Source: Tubulanus polymorphus
Taxonomy: Eukaryota > Animalia > Nemertea
Direction of reading: 5' to 3'
Length of the DNA: 64,000 nucleotides
Assembly (NCBI RefSeq): GCF_964204645.1
Contig: NC_134032.1
Location: 1,732,416 to 1,796,415 of the forward strand
Shown here: positions 12,968 to 23,933 of the stretch, piece after piece
Layout: each line of letters opens with the position of its first letter
Position numbering within the stretch: position 1 is the stretch's first letter
Notes under the pieces: generated by a model
Database searches by the model: none
Told to the model about the DNA's origin: nothing
Seen by the model: the letters and a program-made list of their open reading frames with translations, nothing else
Translations under genes and position numbers: made by a program

Positions 12968-14105
12968 ATTAATAATCATATAAAATTCGAATTGTGGGAT
13001 TTCTTTAATTAGCGTTAAGATATTCGGGTCTTTTCCAAGATTTCGATATGAAATTTTTTACAAAAGTAAACCACCGAGTACACTGAGTTGTTTTGGGGTA
13101 TAAGCATCAAATCTATACAGGGTTTACTGCTGATGTACTGCTGATACAACGGGCCTTTTCTACGATTTTGATATGAAATTCGACCATGCATGCGATACGT
13201 CTTTATCAAAATCTACGCGCGGTATAAGCTAAATCTAACTCATACAGAATCTTCAGGGCCATATACAGCCAGAAGACCCTGATATTTCAACCAATCAATG
13301 ATGAATCAATTAAGTACACCTTAGGGTATCAATTACAATTGGAAACAGCATCTTCAGGGCCAAAGGTAGCCAGACAATCTGGATCTTTCATTGGAAATCA
13401 GTTCAGTAAAAATCCCCCAAAATTGAGAGGGCGCCACGAGCTGGTCATAGAGCCAGCGGGCTACGAGTTCACAGCGAAGTGGGCGTCACGAGCGTTGCTA
13501 GAGAGGGCGCCACGAGCTGGTCATAGAGCCAGCGGGCTACGAGTTCACAGCGAAGTGAGCGTCACGAGCGCTGCTAGAGAGGGCGCCACGAGCTGGTCAT
13601 AGATCCTGCGGCCTACGAGTTCACAGCGAAGTGGCGTCACGTCTCTTGCGCTGAGAATAACGGTCTTCACAGATGACAGAGAAGTTTTCAAACTGATTTT
13701 GATATGAGTCAAATAACCTGTATTTCGCTTGTATAAAACTGACAGTCAATTACAACCTGTTCAGACGATTTACTATACTGAACATATCACACCATTTACA
13801 ATGGTACAACGAACATTTTCATTCAATTTAGCTTCAATTTCATATTCTACACAAATAATAAACTTTCACAAATTTTAGAAAATTGAGTTAGATCTCTGAA
13901 GAATGTGATGCGAACGATAAATCTTACAAATGAATTGCCGCTATAATAAAGACTTGAATGATATCTTTTATATGAACGCTGAATGAATTTTCGAATACGC
14001 GAGAGAACCCACTGTCAGTTCCAGAACGTTCATACTCTGAGACAGTCATAGTAAACTCTCAGACAGTCAGTACACTCTCAGACAGTCAGTACACTCTTAC
14101 GAATC

Positions 14106-15056
14106 ATGAATTCAACTCAGATGCAAATTGGCAGAGTTTATAACAGTTATATCGTTCTCATGTCCGTGGTTAACAAGTCTGGAATCTACCGCACTGTGAC
14201 ATTGGCCTTTCTACCCGTCGTGTTCATGTTAGGAGCCTTCGGAAATTCGGCTACTTTTCTGATAATGATAAATCGCAGATTCCGTAGTTTATCGTACGCT
14301 AACTATCTGATCATTCTTTCTGCTAGTGATTTTGTCTACTGCATCAGTTTAACGCTGATGCCCGTTTTGCAGTTTGTTCTCTCGCGCGATAAAGACGGTC
14401 CGATATTCTTCATGAATTCGCTGATAGTTTGCAAAATCTACGAGTTTGTAATGACTCTTGCCGGTGGCAATAGCGCGTGGTTAATAGTAGCGATATCTCT
14501 AGAACGCGTGGCGGTTGTTCTCTTCCCGATCAAATCTCGTTTGATATGTACACCGAGAGTGGCTAGATTTGTTATATTGATAATTACCGTAGTAAATTCG
14601 TTGTTTCTATATCTCACACCTACTTTGTCGATACAGTTTACTGACCAGTCTTTTGGATGTTTCTACAAGTTGATTGATCAAATAACAGTTTTTGCCATAA
14701 TTGTCATCCACCTTGTGGTTTTACCATTAACTCTGATCATTGCATCAAATTCTGTCATAATAATTCAGTTATTCAGAGGTTCAAAATTGGTGTCGTCCGA
14801 TCAGAAAACCGCGAAATCAAAACGTACGACAATAATGCTCGTAACGGTTTCACTCGCATTTGCAATATTTACACTTCCAACCACTATAACAGTATTTTTA
14901 CCAATCTCGCAAGAGAAGAAAGATTTTGTTTATGATATTTTCACTCAATTCTATGTTTGTAACTTTGTGATAAATTTTTACATATATCTTTTACTGGGAC
15001 GGGAAATTCGTGAATATTTCTGTATGAAAATCCGCTGTAGAAATGCAGTGAAATAA
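14106..15056 (+). CDS. Intronless class A GPCR, family A copy A2 (316 aa)
   Basis: Duplicate of 2975-3925 with 6 amino-acid differences. Confidence 0.92.
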   Translation: MNSTQMQIGRVYNSYIVLMSVVNKSGIYRTVTLAFLPVVFMLGAFGNSATFLIMINRRFRSLSYANYLIILSASDFVYCISLTLMPVLQFVLSRDKDGPIFFMNSLIVCKIYEFVMTLAGGNSAWLIVAISLERVAVVLFPIKSRLICTPRVARFVILIITVVNSLFLYLTPTLSIQFTDQSFGCFYKLIDQITVFAIIVIHLVVLPLTLIIASNSVIIIQLFRGSKLVSSDQKTAKSKRTTIMLVTVSLAFAIFTLPTTITVFLPISQEKKDFVYDIFTQFYVCNFVINFYIYLLLGREIREYFCMKIRCRNAVK

Positions 15057-15182
15057 TCATTGATGACTTTATCCGACATGAACTCAAGAAATTATAGAAT
15101 AGAAAATTGCAGTCAAGGCCATTTAAAATTGATACCGTGTTTTCGCTGTACACTGGTTTCTCAAAAGCGACGCAGGAGCCTG

Positions 15183-15414
15183 GGGCCGGTTCCATAGTGA
15201 AGACCTAAGACCAAAAGTGGTCTCAAGTCTTAAGACTGGGCTTAAGTTGTTAAATTAGCTATATAACTAAGTTGGTCTTAGACTGATCTTAAGTTGTTAG
15301 ATTAGCTATAGAACTAAGTTGGTCTTAGACTGATCTTAAGTTGTTAGATTAGCTATAGAACTAAGTTGGTCTTAGAACGGTCTTAAATTTAAGCCCTAAC
15401 TATGGAACTGGCTT
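15183..15414. mobile_element. MITE family 1 copy with one extra 47-bp internal repeat
   Basis: Same termini as 4052-4236. Confidence 0.8.
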
Positions 15415-16405
15415 CAGGTGTTTTTTTATTTAGTTAAAATAAACCTTGAAATAGAATATTTCGAGAAAGATATGGAGGAAGAGCATGAAGTCAAATTTCT
15501 ATCTTTATTGAGGTAGAAAGTGCAGTGAGGATGACAAGAGGGATCGAAATCCCCGTGTGCAGTCGGTCTAATTAACTAGGCTTCAGAGAAAGTCCTCGAC
15601 AAGAACATTAAAACTGAAATACAGTGTTTATGAAATGTATATTGATACGATAACATCAGTAGCTGGGAGTGAGAATATGATAATTATAAAACATATCACT
15701 GATTAATGTAGAAATATCGTTATAACATTCAACACTTTTCATATGACATTAAGAATTTCGAGTTATGATGGAAGTAAGAATTAAATGAAGGTCGATCAAA
15801 TAGGTCAAGTATCGGGGACTATCTTCCACGATTATAGAACATGTCAAAATATTCACATGGCGCTAACCATCACAGACTCGAACCTGGGACCTAGCTCTCC
15901 AGCCACTAAGCCATAGACCAGTGAAATTCGGTGTTGCAAGGGGTTGTCTAGTCAGTGGTGCCCAGTGCGTTGTCTGGTGACGAGTCAAGTGTAGTGTCTC
16001 ACAACCAACATCCTTTAATCTCAAGTTTCATATCGTGTTTACTAGCGGAAAATTCTCTACCGAGATCTCGCTGAATCAGTAGCACGTCAAACATTCTAAA
16101 ACTCGTAGTGAATTCGGCGCCCAGAATGTTAACAAAATCTTTACAATCATAGACCTGACACATAGACTATGCATGTCCTATGAATATGTATATGCCTCCA
16201 CTATCCGTAGGCATACAGTTCTGGAAATTACAGCCTTTGATGCTGTAAACCGTGTGGCCACCGCGGGTCGACACAATAACGACAACGCAGAAGATGATTA
16301 TTGTACTTCAGAACTCAAGCGAATATCGGGATTGAGGAAGACAGTGTCTGATCAGAGCGAATCGGCCTCTCTTGCGGTTTTCCGTATCGAATTTTCGATA
16401 GCGCA

Positions 16406-17428
16406 ATGTCGGTGAATGAAACGTCAGACCCGGGGCAGGTTTGCTGTGTTCCCTGTAACGCTTCGATCGTATTAAACTACAGGGCGATAATGACTTATGC
16501 GCGGGGCTCGTTCTATTCGATCGGTATCATCTCGAACTGTCTCGCGTTTGTTGTACTCCATCTGATGACACTCGGAGGTAGCAGTATTCTATATTTGAAG
16601 ATGCTGGCTGTAGCTGATTGCGTGAACTGTCTGACCGGGCTGTTCGGGCGCGAGATGTTGTTTGTTTCGACCTCGTTAGAATATCTTCACTATAACCACA
16701 TTTATCAACAATATAAACGCCATGTTTATCTTTACGTGGACGCCATCTTCCAGATGACGACGACCACAAGTTCGTGGCTACTGTTCGCATTAAGCTTAGA
16801 CCGCTATGTAGCTATCAGATTCCCGCTGTCTGCTAGGAATATATGCACGATTCGTAACGCAGTTCGTGTTTCGGTTGCAATTTGGATTCTAACTTTTATT
16901 TTCGATTTTCCGACTATTTGGGATCTAGAAACGTACTTTAGGATGCCCGGTCAGCCTTGTAAATATGTTGTACAAAGGAAACTCCTGCTTAAGAATAAAC
17001 AATACGCTTTGTATTACGATTTTGTATTTGGCAAAATTGTGCTGAAGTTTATTCCGGGTTTGATTGTTTTAGGTTGTAACGTACACATGATGATGTTGGT
17101 TCGGTTGGCGGCTCGTCTGAGACACAAACTTCAACAAATCGACGTCAAAGATGAAGCTTCGACGAATAGTAAACAAGGACGACAAATAACTCTGACGATA
17201 TTAGCTTTAAATATAGTATTTATGGTTGAATATGGAATGTCTTTAATAAACACATTTATACCGGCGATTTTACCCGATGGATACACATATCGTCCGTATC
17301 ATTCGGGGCAGTTGTTACACGCTATCAATGCTATGATAAATTTATTCGTTTATTTAGGAATTCGAAAAGGTTTTGGAGAAACTTTAGTTTGGTTTTTGAG
17401 TTGTCGTCGGTTTGGAAAGCGAGTGTAG
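16406..17428 (+). CDS. Intronless class A GPCR, family B copy B2 (340 aa)
   Basis: Protein identical to 5236-6258. Confidence 0.92.
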   Translation: MSVNETSDPGQVCCVPCNASIVLNYRAIMTYARGSFYSIGIISNCLAFVVLHLMTLGGSSILYLKMLAVADCVNCLTGLFGREMLFVSTSLEYLHYNHIYQQYKRHVYLYVDAIFQMTTTTSSWLLFALSLDRYVAIRFPLSARNICTIRNAVRVSVAIWILTFIFDFPTIWDLETYFRMPGQPCKYVVQRKLLLKNKQYALYYDFVFGKIVLKFIPGLIVLGCNVHMMMLVRLAARLRHKLQQIDVKDEASTNSKQGRQITLTILALNIVFMVEYGMSLINTFIPAILPDGYTYRPYHSGQLLHAINAMINLFVYLGIRKGFGETLVWFLSCRRFGKRV

Positions 17429-18871
17429 TATAAGATGAGCAAGATGTAATGTGGGGGTTACAATGGTGGGAACAGGGACACCCCCTGGTGCGCCTCTGTC
17501 ACCACCGGGATCTTTGAATTTCGCTTGAGTGAGTGAAAATACCACAAAACGCCCAAGAAGAAAACAACTCTCAGCACACAGAGTTCCTGTCTTTGGTATT
17601 ACTTTATTCAGCGAACTGATCTCAACGATCTAGATGGTTACAGCTGTCTCCCTCAACCGTCCAAAACAACTAGTTTATATAGTTCGCTTCTTAATTATCT
17701 TATCGATAAAGACATTACCTAAACAGTAAAAATTGTCGTTAGATCAACCTGAGTTTGATGAAAAACCATTCAATCTAAAGTGACGTGACGATGAACGTGA
17801 CATTTTCTCATTGATTTCTGTCTATATACGTGACATTTCTCATTAAATTCTGATATAAAGTTTGAAGCAGTTGTTGATCCCAAAATCCGACATTTTCACA
17901 TTAATTCATGTCACAAAGTTTGAGCAGTTCTCTATTTATGAATCGAACTGCTGTTGAAAATCAATAACATAAATCAATCCATAACCCAAATCACAAATCA
18001 ATAGTACCGCTGTCACACCTCTGTTTGCAGTTAGACAACTCTGATGAATCAGTTTCAGATTCGAACCCTTTTTTTATGCACTCATTTCTAGTACGTATTC
18101 CTCAGAATCAGTGTCGGACCGGGCTCGAACCTGGGACACCCCCACACTCCCCCACACTCTTAATCGGTATCAATTGAAACTGGAATTTCGCGATCTGACG
18201 ATTCAAACTAATTACATTTTTGTCGTAGAAAAAAACACAGATAGAATATGTTTCAAAAAGTGTCCAAGTGTTTCAGAAACCCGGACATAACGTTTTCAGC
18301 GACAAACGCGTGATTTTTGTCCAAACGTTTAGGTTAAAGTCTGTGCTGTTCTCTATGCGGGCTTTCAATTGACGAGGTTGAACGATAAACAGCAGGACCC
18401 AGTTCCACAGTTGTGAGTTAGAGTTAACTCAGAGTTAAAGTTAGTTCATTTTCAATGTTTTAACCCAGGGTCAAATCTTAACTCACAACTGTGGAACTGG
18501 ACCCAGATCGACACAGATCTTATATTTCAAATTTCTAACTCTTAGACATTGTCGAATCTGCTAGAATATTTTACTTTGAAATATATATTTTCACCTCTAC
18601 AATAGGTCCTTGTTGGGGAATTATTCTTAATCTACTTAGGCCTACATTCATTTTACAACAATAGAATGTCATAAATCTGTTTTATAATTTGTGTGAGAAT
18701 TGATTTCTCATTTGATGCGGTCAATAGAACCGTACGGATGAATAATATCGCCGGAGACTTTAACGATTTCTAAAACGTGGAAAATAGATTTCCGATAATG
18801 CGAGAGGACGCGGCCGGTCTCCATTCATTATAAGACGGTCAGTACACTTACACGCGATTCTAGTATAGATC

Positions 18872-19822
18872 ATGAATTTAACTCAGATGATGATTGGTCG
18901 AACTTACAGCAGTTATATCGTTCTCATGTCCGTGGTGAACAAGTCCGGAGTCTACCGAACTGTGTCGTTGGTCATGTTGCCCGCGTTCTTCCTGTTGGGA
19001 GCGTTCGGAAATTCGGCGACTTTCCTGATAATGATCAGTCGTAGATTCCGCGGTTTATCTTACGCTAACTATCTGATCGTTTTGTCGGTGAGCGATTTTT
19101 CTGCCTGTATCAATCTCGCCTTGATGCCGGTTTTGCAGTATTTTCTGTTGCGCGTAGACATCGGCCCGATATTCGTGATGAATTCACTGTTAAGTTGTAA
19201 AATCTATGAATTCATAATGGTACTCGGCGGTTGTAATAGTTCGTGGTTGATAGTAGCGATATCTCTAGAACGCGCGGCGGTTGTTCTCTTCCCGTTCACA
19301 TCTCGTTTGGTGTGTACACCCAGATTCGCTAGATTCGCTATATCGATAATTATTACGGTGAATATATTAGTCCTGTATGTTCTGCCGACTTTGTCGATCC
19401 ATTTTTCCGACCAGTTTTTCGGATGTTACTATGAATTACTACAACAGATTATATATTTCACAATAATTAGCGCCTATGTTAATGTTATACCTTTCATTTT
19501 GATCGGAGCATCAAATTCTGTTATAATAATTCAGTTATTCAGAGGTTCAAAAATGGTTTCGTCCGATCAGAAAACTACGAAATCAAAACGTACAACAATA
19601 ATGCTTGTAACAGTTTCACTCGCATTTGCGATGTTCACGCTCCCGTCCACTATAACGTCATTCTTACCGATCTCGACCGAAGAGAAGAATTTTCTTCACG
19701 ATATTTTCACTCAGTTTCTAGTTTGTAACTTTGTGGTAAATTTCTACATATACCTTTTACTGGGGCGAGAAATTCGTGAATATTTTTGTATAAAAATCGG
19801 CTGTCGAAATTCAGCGAAATAA
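18872..19822 (+). CDS. Intronless class A GPCR, family A gene C (316 aa)
   Basis: Same family motifs (SYIVLMS, SLERAAVV, NFYIYLLLGREIREYFC). Confidence 0.92.
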   Translation: MNLTQMMIGRTYSSYIVLMSVVNKSGVYRTVSLVMLPAFFLLGAFGNSATFLIMISRRFRGLSYANYLIVLSVSDFSACINLALMPVLQYFLLRVDIGPIFVMNSLLSCKIYEFIMVLGGCNSSWLIVAISLERAAVVLFPFTSRLVCTPRFARFAISIIITVNILVLYVLPTLSIHFSDQFFGCYYELLQQIIYFTIISAYVNVIPFILIGASNSVIIIQLFRGSKMVSSDQKTTKSKRTTIMLVTVSLAFAMFTLPSTITSFLPISTEEKNFLHDIFTQFLVCNFVVNFYIYLLLGREIREYFCIKIGCRNSAK

Positions 19823-21045
19823 AAATATCCAGTTTATCTTTAAACCGTATTCGCTGACGACACAGGTGATGAAGACCTTCGGGAACATTTCAAAGATTTG
19901 CGAAGCTTATAATTATGTTCACCTATCAAACACTATTGTATGACAATATTGTTTTTATTTAGCTCTGCACCTCTCTAAAGGACTGGTGGTTTCTCTGCTG
20001 TTAGTGGTTATATAGCTTGCATAGATATGACTAGTTAATTATTATTCGCTTGGTCAATCGTGAAACACCGACCAAAAATGTAAAACTGGTGTTTCATCGA
20101 AATCTCCTGACAATATGCGGGATGATGACGAACACTAGTCTTGTAAAGAGAAACGTTAGATTCAGTTATAGGTCTGTCACGTGAACTTTGTAGCGATCAA
20201 TGTCCGCAGACCAGAGGACCGGATAGTCTATCTACCCAGTCTGTCTGTAGGACGCGAACAGAGGATATGACATGGAAGTCTTCACACCTGACTGGCAATC
20301 TGTAGATATAGAAAGATTGCTAGATATGGATATGCAGGGCGTCTCAGAAAATGTGTAACGGAAGCTTTAAGATTAATTATTAATTACTTAAAATAAAAAT
20401 GAATTTTTTGGGGGGTGTGGGGAGGGGGAGAGGTTAAGGTTTGTAGACGTCGAGGAGGAAATATTGAAATGGAATGAAAGGCCATGCATGGGTCTATGAA
20501 AATTGGACTTGAACCAAACCAGGTAATATCTAAGTGTAAGACTTTGATACACACGAACACCTAACGATCATCCAAGTAGTTTATTCTTAATCAAAGCGTG
20601 TACTACACTTTTATGACAGATTCTGATTATCTATAAATACATATAAGCGTAGTTTCTGCGAGTGTCGGTTAGTAAATTGACCCAAGTTGTGTAAAGTATA
20701 TTTATCTTATATACCTAACGGTTACCATTTACAATAAAAAAAAAAAAACATAGATATAATCAAAACTTATGGTTTCTAATGAGGCTTTGTCTGCGTGGAA
20801 CCCGTTAATCCGTGTGGCTCAGGCCTAACATAAGGATGTTTGCATATTGTTAATAATAATAATAATAATCTTTATTTATCTGAGCATAATAAGTTACAAA
20901 TAGTTAATTCAAACATAGCCTAACAATTGCAATCAATGGATAGAGAATATATCGAAAATAGTTAAATCTATAATGTACGCATCATGATAGAAACTCAGGC
21001 GATCGAAAAATAAATTAGAAAAATGATCATTATATCTTTTCGGAT

Positions 21046-22539
21046 TTATTTCAACAAATCTGATTCATCGTCTATTTTTGATGATGAATCTCGCCTCGAA
21101 GTGTCGCTAGGTGTTAATTCGAACGTACTGTAATCCAATTCTCCATTTCCGGTCCCGTCTTGAATTAACTTCAGATCGTCTGCAGTTCTACGACGCGCTA
21201 GTTTAGATTGTTCGTCCCAATCTAAGACGAATAAGGCGTACGGAACGAATATGACCGCATTTAACACGCACGAACTCTGGTATCCTATTATTATGCTCAG
21301 AGCACCTAACCGAGTGAAATATAATAGAATCAAACCTAACGATGTTCCTATTGTTAAAGTCACGAAACACGTTGTTGTAATTACGGCGATTTTAGCGCAT
21401 CCTCGAATTGCACCATTGAATATAACATCCACAGCAAATAGAGGTAAACTCCCTCCAATGTATAGTAACATAGATTTCAGTTTGGCTTCGACCGAACTAT
21501 CGCTAGCGAATCCCCGAGCTAAAACAGCGTGAAGCGAACAGATTAACACGCCAACTACTACAGCGATCACCATCGAAATACCTTGATAAAAGAACAAAGC
21601 TCGTTTGGCCGCGCGACCGTCCCTGGATGATAACAGGAAACCGACTCTCATACTACACGCTTCCGATATGCCCCATAATATGTTGCCGTTGAAAAATATT
21701 ATTTGCAACGAGACGCTTAATGCTACGAGCTCGACCACCCCAAAAGTACCGGTCAAGAACATGCCGATTGTCAGAGCCATGGCAATACACATTATTGATA
21801 CTGTTGACCCGAGAGCCATACTAGCGACCTCCCATAGATTCCTAAATATGTCCGTATTGACTCTGTATATAGCGATAGTGTCTTTATTAACCAGAGAAGA
21901 TCCAACAGCCATGGAAACCGCACCGATGAAAAAAGATACTAGCAAAGAGACGGCTACCCCTAGACTGGCCAGACGTAGTACAATAACCATGACGTAACAG
22001 ATTACTGCGGTGATGACGTTGTTGACGAGTGCTACAATGACGACCGGTAAAACAATATCCTGAGACATTAAGTAACGCGTAAAAACGTCATTCGCGAGCA
22101 CAAAAATGTTATCAGGTGTCATCACCATTAGTATCCGTCCAGCTTCTTCGGCGACGGTCGCATTTTGTCCGAAAAGTATAAATATCTTGTCGGCAGTAAA
22201 ACTTAGTGGCAGCAACAATAAACCGCTACAAATCAGTATCAACAATCCTCTCTGCAGCAACAAGCGCAAATAACGATAGTTTTTGGCACCAAAAGCTTGC
22301 GAGAATAATCCTTCTATACCCATAGCCATACCCATACCAAACGAGTATAACAAGCCAAAAAACGTACCCACCAACGAGAAGGCGGCTTGCGAAATCAGAT
22401 CGGATTGCGCGACCACTATAGTACACGTTAGAATAGGCAGTTCGGTTAAAAAGGGAACAACAAGAATCGGCCATGACGTCACGATAAAAAAACGTAATTC
22501 CTCGCGTAACCAATCCGGAAGTGCTTTCATCATCGCCAT
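21046..22539 (-). CDS. Intronless MATE (SLC47-like) multidrug and toxin extrusion transporter, copy 1
   Basis: About 12 TMs; LFSQAFGAKNY, LLLQRG, RYLMSQ, RVGFLL, GAIRGC and DWDEQSKLARRR are eukaryotic MATE motifs. Confidence 0.92.
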   Translation of the reverse strand: MAMMKALPDWLREELRFFIVTSWPILVVPFLTELPILTCTIVVAQSDLISQAAFSLVGTFFGLLYSFGMGMAMGIEGLFSQAFGAKNYRYLRLLLQRGLLILICSGLLLLPLSFTADKIFILFGQNATVAEEAGRILMVMTPDNIFVLANDVFTRYLMSQDIVLPVVIVALVNNVITAVICYVMVIVLRLASLGVAVSLLVSFFIGAVSMAVGSSLVNKDTIAIYRVNTDIFRNLWEVASMALGSTVSIMCIAMALTIGMFLTGTFGVVELVALSVSLQIIFFNGNILWGISEACSMRVGFLLSSRDGRAAKRALFFYQGISMVIAVVVGVLICSLHAVLARGFASDSSVEAKLKSMLLYIGGSLPLFAVDVIFNGAIRGCAKIAVITTTCFVTLTIGTSLGLILLYFTRLGALSIIIGYQSSCVLNAVIFVPYALFVLDWDEQSKLARRRTADDLKLIQDGTGNGELDYSTFELTPSDTSRRDSSSKIDDESDLLK

Positions 22540-23096
22540 TTTCTCTTTTCTTCTCCTTTCGCTGATGTTGCGAACTGTTTCTGCGAGTATGTTCCGATTT
22601 TCGTTATTTCGAATTTATCCGTTTAGTCGCCGAGTTCAGAGTCCGTTTAAAACCGAGTACCGCGCACCGCGTCCCGTTGGCCCGGGATGTGTGTATTTCA
22701 CGTGTATAGCCTGGACGTTATCTTCGCATGCGTCATATGGGTTTAGCGATAAAAATAAAGCTACATCCCCGTTGATTTGATATCGATTTGAGTTATGCGC
22801 GCATGAACTATAGAATGGCTGAATAATAAACGGTGAATAATAACCAGATGTGCTGTATGCGCGGATATACTTGTTAGATTTTATATTTAGAATATTGTCA
22901 TGTTATTCAAGTTGTAGTATTATTATCATGTAGGATTATTGTGATATCAATGCCACCGTGGTTATTGTATTAACAATAGCTTATCCGTCACTGTGCGCAT
23001 GGACGTATAAATCTAGTTTATACGTCCGTGATGTGTGTGACGGTTTTGACCAGTATATTTAACAGGTTCTGATATGTCACCAGTAGTAATACTCAG

Positions 23097-23389
23097 GGTC
23101 CAGTTCCACAGTTGTGAGTTAAGATTTAACTCTGAGTTAACTCATTGAAAATGAACTTATTTTAACCCAGAGTTAACTCTAACTCAGGGTCCAGTTCCAC
23201 AGTTGTGAGTTAAGATTTAACTCTGAGTTAACTCATTGAAAATGAACTAACTTTAACTCAAGAGTTAACTCTAACTCACAACTGTGGAACTGGATCCTGA
23301 TATAAGATTTTGACCCTGAGTTAACTCATTGAAAATGAACTAACTTTAACTCAAGAGTTAACTCTAACTCACAACTGTGGAACTGGGTC
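23097..23389. mobile_element. Compound/nested array of MITE family 2 between the divergent MATE genes
   Basis: Partial copy, full copy (23188-23296) and partial copy in tandem. Confidence 0.8.
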
Positions 23390-23933
23390 CTGTACGTTAC
23401 TCACCGAATGTCATGAAATCCAGCAAAAGTTTTGAATTTTACCGAATCAAAGATGAAACGCCATTATGTTTTCCTAGGTGAGAAAGTACGCAGATTGCCA
23501 GAAATATTCATAATCTTTCTCGAGCATTTATCGCCAATTATTAAGAAAATCCCCAGTTGGAATATTACGCATGTTCAATCGAAATCTACCTAAACGACTA
23601 AAAATACTAGGATTCTCAATCCGAAAGCAGCGTCTCTTTTCGACTTGAGAAAAAGACTTGTGGCGATATTTAGGTCTTTAGTCTAACAATACAGAGCGAA
23701 CAATGCGATGAAAGTTTTTTTTTTCTATGAACTATTTTTGAAATGAATCATGCCGTATAAATTCTAGTTTTATCCTCGTGAATTCCACGCATAAATACAT
23801 ACGGTTTATACAGAACGTTGGGTAGTAATGAACAGAACGTTCGTGTGAATAGTTGATTTGAGTATAGCAATCACAGGACACTGGTAGAAAAACTCACAGG
23901 AGGAAATACAACATGGAGACATAAATCATAATC

